A stretch of DNA of 64,000 nt, from positions 2,457 through 66,456 of the forward strand of contig JAZROP010000036.1 of NCBI GenBank assembly GCA_045648785.1. Direction: 5' to 3'. Below the pieces are notes generated by a model that was not told the origin of the DNA, made no database searches, and worked only from the letters and a program-made list of their open reading frames with translations. Source of the stretch: Clostridia bacterium (GTDB taxonomy: Bacteria > Bacillota > Clostridia > RUG12999). Position 1 is the stretch's first letter, and the number at the start of each line of letters is the position of its first letter. Positions 10,551 through 18,304 of the stretch are shown piece after piece. The position numbers and the translations under genes were made by a program.

Positions 10551-11281
10551 TAGTTGTTGCCTCCAAGAATTTTTTCACAAAGCTCAAGGTCTTCTGGTGT
10601 GTTTACACCGAGAATTTCCATGGAATCTGTTGTGGAATAAGAAGCAATTTTCTTACCTTCGCCGATTAAAATTTTAGGAACATCGGTGAGGTAATATTCG
10701 CCCTGGGCATTGTTGTTTTTAAGCTTGTCAAGATTGTTGAACAGAGCGTCTGCCTTGAAAACATACACTCCTACATTAAGTTCTTTAATATCTTTTTGTT
10801 CAGGAGTGCAGTCTTTATCTTCAACAATGTCAACAACCTCGCCGTTTTCACGGATAATTCTGCCGTATGCGAGTTTGTCATCAGTTATAGCTGTGAGAAT
10901 TGTGCAATCGGCACCTGTATCTTGATGAGCTTTTATAAGGTTTTTGTATGTTTCCTTTTTAAACAGAGGCATATCTCCGTAAAGAATAATAACATCACCT
11001 GTGTAACCTTCAAAAGCGTCTTTTGCCATCATAACAGCATGGCCTGTACCTTTTTGCTCTGCCTGAACAGCATATGTATATTTGTCACCGAGGGTTTCAA
11101 ACACCATTTCGCGTTTGTAACCGGCAACAATTGTGATGTCTTTAGCATCAATAAAATCAACATTTGACAGAACATGACCGATAAGAGGTTTACCTGCGGC
11201 AAGTCTCAAAACCTTGGGCATATTCATGGTTTCACTTAAGAGTCGTTTGCCTTTTCCGGCGGCAAGAATAATCGCTTTCAT
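10550..11281 (-). CDS. stand-alone sugar-1-phosphate nucleotidyltransferase resembling the GlmU N-terminal domain
   Basis: LAAGKGKRL, QKGTGHAV, LYGDMPL and GEYYLTD motifs. Only 243 aa, so no LbH acetyltransferase domain. TAATG overlap with the mutase. Confidence 0.8.
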   Translation of the reverse strand: MKAIILAAGKGKRLLSETMNMPKVLRLAAGKPLIGHVLSNVDFIDAKDITIVAGYKREMVFETLGDKYTYAVQAEQKGTGHAVMMAKDAFEGYTGDVIILYGDMPLFKKETYKNLIKAHQDTGADCTILTAITDDKLAYGRIIRENGEVVDIVEDKDCTPEQKDIKELNVGVYVFKADALFNNLDKLKNNNAQGEYYLTDVPKILIGEGKKIASYSTTDSMEILGVNTPEDLELCEKILGGNN

Positions 11282-11384
11282 AATAAAACTCCTTTTACAT
11301 TATAATATTATAGTATAATTATAACTTAAAAAAGTTAAAAAGTAAATATAAAATTCTTTACAAAATTTATACTTTTATTATATA

Positions 11385-11895
11385 ATGGTGATGGAAGGGA
11401 ATACTATGCTTGAAAATTTGACATTTCTGACCTTTAAACCGTACGGAGAAATAGAGCCAAAAGTCTTTGCGGAGGCAACAAGAAAGCTAGGATATAAAAG
11501 TTTTAAGGTGGCAGAGCTGACGAGAAAAGTGCCGGACAAGCTTTTTGTCAGCGACTATGATACGGTTATGGACCTGATGCAAGGAACAGCGGTTTTGTAT
11601 GTCGGAAGTTCGCCCGATATGCTTGTACCTTTTATATTTGACAAAATGGTGATAATTAAAAAAAGGATATATTATTATGCAACTCCTTTTTAAAAGCAGT
11701 ATGGGAATGGCGCTTTCAAAATACATTTGCGATCAAAAACTTATCCGCGCAAAGGAATATATCAGGACAGGGCGATATTCTATCACACAGGTGTCTGAAA
11801 GACTTTCCTTTACAAATGTTCAGTATTTTTCAAAACTGTTTAAAAAATAATATGGAGTAACCCTGAGTGAATATCAGTGGTCAATAAGAAAATAG
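11385..11895 (+). pseudogene. decayed AraC-family regulator: a sensor-like ORF, a frameshift, and an HTH fragment with an in-frame TAA
   Basis: Nt 11677-11895 translates as ...ITQVSERLSFTNVQYFSKLFKK*YGVTLSEYQWSIRK*. The TAA at 11848 interrupts the AraC HTH signature. The upstream 102-aa ORF is in another frame. Confidence 0.6.
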
Positions 11896-11896
11896 C

Positions 11897-11926
11897 TTGA
11901 CATCCTACAGCGGACAGGTGTAAAAT
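11897..11926 (+). promoter_or_regulatory. sigma-A-type promoter for lgt
   Basis: TTGACA-18 nt-TAAAAT, located 25 nt upstream of the lgt GTG. Confidence 0.45.
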
Positions 11927-11951
11927 ATTTTATATTAAAGGAGGGTTTGCG

Positions 11952-12755
11952 GTGCAATACAATTACTTAACACAAATAGCATTTCCAGGACTGGGCATTA
12001 ACGAGTTCAGCATAAATCCGGTTGCATTTAATATTTTTGGTAAAGAAATTTTCTGGTATGGAATCATTATTGCGATAGCTCTTACGGTTGCTTTTTTATG
12101 GGCTGTATATGCAAGTAAAGACGAAGATCTACCAAAGGACACACTAACGGACCTTTTGATTGTCGGGCTTCCGGTAGCTATAATTTGTGCCCGTGCATAT
12201 TATGTTGTTTTTTCGTGGAATATGTATAAAAACAACTGGGTGGATGTTTTTAAAATATGGGAGGGCGGAATTGCAATTTACGGTGGCGTGATTGGCGCTT
12301 TTCTTGCGGGATTTATCTATGCGAAAGTGAAAAAAATATCATTTTATAAGCTTGCGGACATTGCGGCACCCAGCTTTATGATAGGACAGGCAATAGGAAG
12401 ATGGGGCAATTTTGTGAATGTTGAAGCTTATGGTAGTCAGACAACGCTTCCGTGGGGGATGCTTCTTGTTCAGGAGGGAGTAACCGTTCATCCAACATTT
12501 TTATATGAGTCACTCTGGAATGCTGCGGGTTTTGTAATTCTTGCTCTGCTAAGAAAGAGAAAGCCATTTGAGGGATTTATATTCTACGCTTATCTTTTAT
12601 GGTACGGGCTTGGCAGGGTATGGATTGAAGCCTTGAGGACAGACAGTCTTATGCTTGGGAATTTAAGAATTTCCCAATTTGTTGCAGGTGTATGCATAAT
12701 TGTGTCGGCTGTGACGATACTTTTAAAATGGAAAAATGACTGTGTGAAAATATAA
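11952..12755 (+). CDS. lgt: prolipoprotein diacylglyceryl transferase
   Basis: GGIAIYGGVIGAF and GRWGNFVN motifs. GTG start after AAGGAGGG. Confidence 0.9.
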   Translation: MQYNYLTQIAFPGLGINEFSINPVAFNIFGKEIFWYGIIIAIALTVAFLWAVYASKDEDLPKDTLTDLLIVGLPVAIICARAYYVVFSWNMYKNNWVDVFKIWEGGIAIYGGVIGAFLAGFIYAKVKKISFYKLADIAAPSFMIGQAIGRWGNFVNVEAYGSQTTLPWGMLLVQEGVTVHPTFLYESLWNAAGFVILALLRKRKPFEGFIFYAYLLWYGLGRVWIEALRTDSLMLGNLRISQFVAGVCIIVSAVTILLKWKNDCVKI

Positions 12756-12760
12756 AAATT

Positions 12761-12792
12761 AGACCGATTGGATAAGTCCAATCGGTCTTTTT
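12761..12792. terminator. bidirectional terminator (lgt / anti-sigma gene)
   Basis: Perfect 11-bp stem AGACCGATTGG-ataagt-CCAATCGGTCT followed by TTTT. Confidence 0.8.
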
Positions 12793-12793
12793 A

Positions 12794-13663
12794 CTATTTT
12801 GCTGCTGAAACAAGCAGGTTCTTTAAATCTTCTTCTGACATATCGGTAACAAATTTAAGTGCAGTATCACTGGAGTGAACAATGTGTGCTTCATATACCG
12901 AACCGTCGTATAGGATTACTGCCTTTTCGTCGCCAAAAATACTTTTTTCATACTGTTCGCTATTTATATAAGACATCGCATTTTCTGTCTTGGATGATGT
13001 TGTAAGCATCAGGAAATGTTCGCCACTGTAGAAAAATGTATTTTCATCTGAGATGATTTCTCCGTCAAGTTTTGTAACCGTTACTGAAGTGTCATTTGAA
13101 AAGCCGGGCGTAAAAGATTGCGGGATGACAAGTTTGTCAGGAGAAAAACCAAGCTGGTCAAAATACTGACCGGCAGTTATTTCCTCGGTGACCAGATGAG
13201 CCGACAAGTCGTTGTCGCCAACTCTCATGAAGTTTGCTGTCTGAGGCGTGGTTACAATGTTATTTATTGACATAACAACAGTCATTTCAGAGAGGGGGTT
13301 ATGCTGTTTGGACGGAGTCGTTTCTGTATGTGTATAGTCATATTCTGTAATGTGGCTTACTGAATCGGATGATTTCCCGGCGGCTGATTCTTCTGCGGTT
13401 TTTTTTGAGAGAACAAAATACATTTCATCGTTTTGTGCTTCGGGGAGTATGGTATTATCAAGAACCGTATCATTGTTTGGGGCAGACGGATTGAAAATAG
13501 CTGGAAGTGCAATGAAAAGTGCAATAACTGCCGCAAAAATAGCTGCCCGGTGACGATAAATAAAAGGCTTCGGTTTTTCGCTTGCCTTGTTTAATACCCG
13601 GGCGAGCAAATATGGGTCAGGTTTTATATCGTCGTTTGCTGCTTTGTAAACATCCTTAAACAT
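12794..13663 (-). CDS. putative membrane anti-sigma factor with a large extracytoplasmic domain
   Basis: Overlaps the 3' end of the ECF sigma gene. Short cytoplasmic N-terminus, one transmembrane segment (AAIFAAVIALFIALPAIF) and about 230 aa outside. AAAGGAG RBS 9 nt before the ATG at 13663. Confidence 0.55.
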   Translation of the reverse strand: MFKDVYKAANDDIKPDPYLLARVLNKASEKPKPFIYRHRAAIFAAVIALFIALPAIFNPSAPNNDTVLDNTILPEAQNDEMYFVLSKKTAEESAAGKSSDSVSHITEYDYTHTETTPSKQHNPLSEMTVVMSINNIVTTPQTANFMRVGDNDLSAHLVTEEITAGQYFDQLGFSPDKLVIPQSFTPGFSNDTSVTVTKLDGEIISDENTFFYSGEHFLMLTTSSKTENAMSYINSEQYEKSIFGDEKAVILYDGSVYEAHIVHSSDTALKFVTDMSEEDLKNLLVSAAK

Positions 13664-14144
13664 CCTCATACACTCCTTTGAGATTTTCTTTAAGTAATTC
13701 CCTGCCACGATGCAACTGGGATTTAACGGTGGTTTCCTTTATACCGAGAGTTTCGGAAATCTGCCGCACGGACATATCCTCATAATAAAAAAGGTGGATA
13801 ACTGTCCTGTATTTGGGAGGAAGCGAAAGAGCGGCATAATAAACTTCGCCCTTCTCGGGAGAGTCAAAAGTAATTTCCTCTGTAAGAGGAGTAGTTTTTT
13901 TATACCACGAGCTTAGAAATATACTTTTACTGCAATTTACCGTAACCTTAATAAGCCATGCTTTGACATGTTCTTCTGTTTCAAACTCCTTGTCAGATTT
14001 CAAAAATCTTAAAAAAGTTTCTTGAACAACATCTTCGGCATGGTGAATATCGCCGGTACGGGACAGGGCAATTTTATAAACCATATTAAAATATTTTTGT
14101 GTGAGTTCCTGCTTTGCGCAGGACAGATTGGAAGTAAGGCTCAT
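13656..14144 (-). CDS. ECF-type RNA polymerase sigma factor
   Basis: Sigma-70 region 2 (HAEDVVQETFLRF) and a region 4 HTH (SVRQISETLGIKETTVKSQLHRGR). Confidence 0.85.
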   Translation of the reverse strand: MSLTSNLSCAKQELTQKYFNMVYKIALSRTGDIHHAEDVVQETFLRFLKSDKEFETEEHVKAWLIKVTVNCSKSIFLSSWYKKTTPLTEEITFDSPEKGEVYYAALSLPPKYRTVIHLFYYEDMSVRQISETLGIKETTVKSQLHRGRELLKENLKGVYEDV

Positions 14145-14180
14145 AAAGTTATCCTCCGTATATAATACTTTTTAAAAATC

Positions 14181-14219
14181 AAAAAGGTTGCAGAGTAAAT
14201 AAATTTTTACTCTGCAACC
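14181..14219 (-). terminator. rho-independent terminator after the prsA-like gene
   Basis: Perfect 13-bp stem GGTTGCAGAGTAA / TTACTCTGCAACC followed by a T run on the minus strand. Confidence 0.8.
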
Positions 14220-14234
14220 TGAAATGTCTGAAAA

Positions 14235-15233
14235 TCAGTAAAGCTCAACCTTGTCGTAAACTTTATCGTTTCTTTCGATTGTAGCCTGGGATTTGAGTTC
14301 GGTTACAAGCTCGGAAACATACGCATCTTCGATTATAGCGGAAATTGAATTTTTATCATTAGACTCGAGATATTTATCGTATGGCAGCAGAGCTTCTCTT
14401 TTTAAAATGTGATATCCAAATGAAGTTGCAACAGGTTCGCTTATTTCGCCGATTTCAAGGGCAAAAGCGGCATCCTCAAAAGGAGCAACCATCGTGCCGT
14501 TGTTAGTGAATGTGTAACCATCCGGTGCACTTGCAAGACCGGGGTCCATGGAATATCCTTTCATTACATCATCAAAACTATATTCACCGGAATTAATCAT
14601 TTTAATGGCGTTTTTTGCCAGGTCAAGAGTCTGCGCAAGGTCATAAATTTCTTCGTTGGTGTTGGGGTCTGTTGTTGAGAAAAGAATGTGCTTTATTGTG
14701 CGGAAATTTTCCTGGTAAACTTTCTTTAAATTTTCTTCCGAACCGTCAAGCTTGCCTTCTTCGGCATCCTTTTGAAGCATTAAGGATTCAAGATAAAATT
14801 TTTCAAGAATTGTAGACATTACTTCTTTTGAAAGTCCATATTGCTGTATAAATTCACTTGCGTTGGATAAAGCCAGAGAAATTTGCTCTTTTGCTTCGGC
14901 AGTATCTGCAGAAATACCCATTTCTTTTGCTTTTTGAGCAATGAGGGTATATTTCACAGCTTCATCAAGTGCATTTTCTTTTGCGAGAGCAGCGGCATTT
15001 TTGCCATCAATATCTGTAGTTGTCCAGAATTCTTTACTGTCCCCGGTTGCATTTGCACCTGTGAGAATTGACTGTTTTGCAAAAACAAGATAGTAGTTGT
15101 ATTCTTCGAGAAGGATGTCTTCTCCATTAACAGTTGCAATTACTGATATGTTTTTAACCTGAACCGCAGAGCAGGAACAAAGCAGAATACATACAAGCAG
15201 TAAAGACAAGGTTGATAATATTATTTTTTTCAT
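14235..15233 (-). CDS. peptidyl-prolyl isomerase lipoprotein (PrsA/SurA-like, parvulin domain)
   Basis: Signal peptide with lipobox LLCSC. The motifs HILF...GYHILK indicate a parvulin domain. Confidence 0.75.
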   Translation of the reverse strand: MKKIILSTLSLLLVCILLCSCSAVQVKNISVIATVNGEDILLEEYNYYLVFAKQSILTGANATGDSKEFWTTTDIDGKNAAALAKENALDEAVKYTLIAQKAKEMGISADTAEAKEQISLALSNASEFIQQYGLSKEVMSTILEKFYLESLMLQKDAEEGKLDGSEENLKKVYQENFRTIKHILFSTTDPNTNEEIYDLAQTLDLAKNAIKMINSGEYSFDDVMKGYSMDPGLASAPDGYTFTNNGTMVAPFEDAAFALEIGEISEPVATSFGYHILKREALLPYDKYLESNDKNSISAIIEDAYVSELVTELKSQATIERNDKVYDKVELY

Positions 15234-15402
15234 GACATAGTCCTTTCCGGCTACATGATGCAACCGATTATTATAATGCTATTCAATTATAACATATTTA
15301 TTTTGGACAATCAATAATGCGGTGTGTTCTTTAATCAAAATGTAATATTATTACATAAACATTACGATTTGCGCATAAAACTAAGAAAAAAGGAGGATAT
15401 GA

Positions 15403-16461
15403 ATGAAAAGAGATTATTTGCTTGGCGGAAACACAACGGAGGGATTTTTTTCATATTACAAATATCTGGCAGATGCACAGGAGTTTAAGAAAATATATAT
15501 TATAAAAGGTGGTCCGGGAACGGGAAAATCAACTACAATGAAGGCAGTTGGGAAATGGGGGGAGGAGCGAGGATTTGATGTCGATTATGTGCATTGTTCG
15601 TCCGACCCATTTTCGCTTGATGGGGTTATTATAAAAAAGCTTGGTATAGCAATGGTTGACGGAACAGCGCCCCATGTTGTGGATGCAAAATATGCAGGTG
15701 CTCTGGAAACAATTTTAAATATGGGACAGTTCTGGGATGAAACTGCGTTAATGGAAAATAAAAAAGAAATTATGGAGTGCAGTAATGAAATCTCATTACA
15801 TTTTAAAGAGGCATATAATTTTCTTGAAGCAGCAGGCAGCATAAGCCGAAACTGTACTGCAACACTTGATGAGAAAAAAACAAGAGAAACGGTGGAGAAA
15901 ATTATGGAAAATATTCCGTCTGCCGGAAAAGGTGTAGGTAAGGTGAGAAAGCTCTTTTCTGAAGCTATAACTCCCGAAGGGGTTATCAGTTATTCGGATA
16001 GTATTAAATGTGAAAACAATGTTGTTTTAAAATCCGAGCTTTATGGAGGAGCAGGCAGAATAACTGAGATACTTGTAAGCAAGCTGAAAGATCGCGGATA
16101 TGATATGGAGCTTTTTTACTCACCCCTTAATCCTGGTGAAGAAATACGAAATATTGTCCTGCCCGAGCTGGGGCTTTCGGTTATCACAAGCGATTTTCTT
16201 TCTCTTGCAGATGAGAGCGGAGCGATGGTTATTGATACAGATGCTTTTGCCAAAACAAAAGCGGATGCAAATTTTTTAAGAAATAAACTGTTTGTCATGA
16301 CAATGCTTCAGCAGGCGGTAAGGGCTATTTCAGTGGCAAAAAAATTGCATGATAAGCTTGAAAACCTATATGTGCCAAATATTGATTTTGCCGCAATGGA
16401 AAAAATGAGAGAAAATATATTTGAAGAACTGGAGAAATTTGCACAACAGACGGTCAATTAA
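15403..16461 (+). CDS. P-loop NTPase of unknown function (resembles the PRK06851-type family of Firmicutes)
   Basis: Walker A GGPGTGKST. AAGGAGG RBS. Confidence 0.6.
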   Translation: MKRDYLLGGNTTEGFFSYYKYLADAQEFKKIYIIKGGPGTGKSTTMKAVGKWGEERGFDVDYVHCSSDPFSLDGVIIKKLGIAMVDGTAPHVVDAKYAGALETILNMGQFWDETALMENKKEIMECSNEISLHFKEAYNFLEAAGSISRNCTATLDEKKTRETVEKIMENIPSAGKGVGKVRKLFSEAITPEGVISYSDSIKCENNVVLKSELYGGAGRITEILVSKLKDRGYDMELFYSPLNPGEEIRNIVLPELGLSVITSDFLSLADESGAMVIDTDAFAKTKADANFLRNKLFVMTMLQQAVRAISVAKKLHDKLENLYVPNIDFAAMEKMRENIFEELEKFAQQTVN

Positions 16462-16509
16462 CATATAATTATAACAGATGTATTTTGAAATTGAAAGGAT
16501 GCTGTTAAA

Positions 16510-16770
16510 GTGAATAACCCCAATAAAATAACTCAGGAAGATATTAAGAAAATCACATCCATGAACAATTCTGAAATTGAAAAAAAGCTTAAAGAAATTC
16601 TGTCTGATTCCAAAAACGGGGCAGTGAAAAAGATGCTTAGCGGTGTAAATATTGAAAGTTTTAAGAAAAAGCTACAGTCAGCGGACAAAGATGATATAGA
16701 GGGTTTTATGGGTATCTTGAGTAAAATTGACCCAAATATTATAAAAAAGATTAAAGATTCGCTTAACTGA
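16510..16770 (+). CDS. hypothetical small Lys-rich helical protein
   Basis: 86-codon ORF with a GTG start. Tightly spaced with neighbouring genes on the same strand. No recognisable family. Confidence 0.4.
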   Translation: MNNPNKITQEDIKKITSMNNSEIEKKLKEILSDSKNGAVKKMLSGVNIESFKKKLQSADKDDIEGFMGILSKIDPNIIKKIKDSLN

Positions 16771-16786
16771 AAGGAGAGAGCATGAC

Positions 16787-17098
16787 ATGGGCAATGATAT
16801 GGAAAAAGCTTTGGAAATGCTTATGACAATGCTCGCAAGCAAAGGTGAGGAAAACCCAGCGGAAGAAGAGGAAGAACTAAATGAAATTTCAACGCAGGAG
16901 GATAAAATTCAGGTGGAAGATGTTGGATTGCAGAATATGCTCGGTGCGTTTTCCGGGGATGACAAAAGGGTAACTCTTTTGAGTTCAATCAAGCCCTACA
17001 TGAGTGAAAAAAGAAAGGATAAGATTGATACTGCAATCAATATGGTGCGAATTTTATCCGTTTCATCGGGGCTTGGAATAAATCTGTTTAACAGGTAG
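16787..17098 (+). CDS. hypothetical protein (acidic N-terminus, basic C-terminal helix)
   Basis: AAAGGAGAG RBS. 103-codon ORF starting 16 nt after the previous stop. Confidence 0.5.
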   Translation: MGNDMEKALEMLMTMLASKGEENPAEEEEELNEISTQEDKIQVEDVGLQNMLGAFSGDDKRVTLLSSIKPYMSEKRKDKIDTAINMVRILSVSSGLGINLFNR

Positions 17099-17105
17099 GT
17101 GGGGA

Positions 17106-17321
17106 ATGAAAAGAAATTATTATTCCCATTATCAGCTTGCTCCGGCAGATGATGCACCGCTTCCGGCAGAAAAAAATTCCCTTTCGGGAATTTTCGGAAA
17201 TATATTTTCAAAATTCGCAATAGATGACCTTATTTTGTTGGCGGTAATTATTATACTTGCCACTGACGAGCAGCCGGATTTACTTACAATTCTGGCGCTC
17301 CTTTACATATTTTTGGTATAA
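17106..17321 (+). CDS. hypothetical small membrane protein
   Basis: GGTGGGGA RBS. C-terminal hydrophobic segment [11 protein letters not shown]...[13 protein letters not shown]. Confidence 0.45.
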   Translation: MKRNYYSHYQLAPADDAPLPAEKNSLSGIFGNIFSKFAIDDLILLAVIIILATDEQPDLLTILALLYIFLV

Positions 17322-17352
17322 ATTATGCCATGCTGAGAAAAATAAATCTCAG

Positions 17353-17637
17353 GTGGTGATTAATATTAATATTACAGATGTTAAAGTGAGAAGACTTGCC
17401 GAGGAAGGAAAGATGAAGGCGGTGGTTTCCATCACCTTTGACAATATGTTCGTGGTGCACGACATCAAGGTGATTGAAGCAAAGGAGAAACTGTTTGTGG
17501 CAATGCCAAGCAGAAAAACTCCCGAAGGTGAATTTAAAGATATTGCACATCCCATAAATGCTGAAATGAGGGAAATTCTGCAGAAAAAAATTATTGAAAA
17601 ATATAACGAGTATAAAGAAACAGGCATATCACTCTGA
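17353..17637 (+). CDS. spoVG: septation/sporulation regulator SpoVG
   Basis: ITDVKVRR...[10 protein letters not shown]...[22 protein letters not shown] matches SpoVG. The true start is uncertain: GTG at 17353/17356, or more likely ATT at 17365 (see finding). Confidence 0.85.
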   Translation: MVININITDVKVRRLAEEGKMKAVVSITFDNMFVVHDIKVIEAKEKLFVAMPSRKTPEGEFKDIAHPINAEMREILQKKIIEKYNEYKETGISL

Positions 17638-18168
17638 AGTGATATGCCTTATGTTTTTTGCAGCAAATTCACCGTAATTTATGCGATAGAATTCGCGATA
17701 CTCATCAAAGGTAAGAGAACAATCATATCCCAAAAGCTCCATATCGACACCAAAAAGCTTTGCATCTGTACCAAGCTCTTTCATGCCTGCGCGCAAGTAG
17801 AAATCTTTGCGCCTTATACGCTCTGCGGCATTTTCTGCATATGGGTATGTTTTTTCAATTTCAAGGAAAAAGCCTTTATCCGGATAGAGATTTCGCAGAC
17901 TTTTTAAAATATCGCTGCCATATCCTCTACCGCGTGATTTTTCAGATATTGCAAAATAGTCAAGTAAAATGAGATTTTTGCCGTTTATTGTCGTTCCCAT
18001 ACCGACAAATTTTCCATCCTTTTCAATGTACCAAACATCAGTTTTAGCTGATTTTTGCATTTTCATGATTATTGAAAAAGGTTTTCTTTCGCATTTTGGA
18101 AATGCGGACATATAAAGCCTGTAAATCTTAAGTTTATGAATAAGTTTATGTGCTTGAATAATTTTCAT
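17629..18168 (-). CDS. GNAT-family N-acetyltransferase
   Basis: Acetyl-CoA motif [11 protein letters not shown]. Convergent 9-nt overlap with spoVG. Confidence 0.75.
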   Translation of the reverse strand: MKIIQAHKLIHKLKIYRLYMSAFPKCERKPFSIIMKMQKSAKTDVWYIEKDGKFVGMGTTINGKNLILLDYFAISEKSRGRGYGSDILKSLRNLYPDKGFFLEIEKTYPYAENAAERIRRKDFYLRAGMKELGTDAKLFGVDMELLGYDCSLTFDEYREFYRINYGEFAAKNIRHITSE

Positions 18169-18304
18169 TATAAGTAACATCTCCTGCATATATTTTATCA
18201 CAGGTATATATTTTAGTCAATTAAAAAGAAATTTTAGTAAAAGTCTTTTAAAATTGAATATTTTATGTTATACTAAAATCAATCTACATAATCGGAGGAA
18301 AATT

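Noticed and set aside
15340-15356. A 17-bp perfect palindrome ATGTAATATTATTACAT upstream of the P-loop ATPase gene, considered as an operator
   Set aside because: It is composed almost entirely of A/T in an AT-rich intergenic region. Such palindromes arise by chance and I found no second copy in the window.
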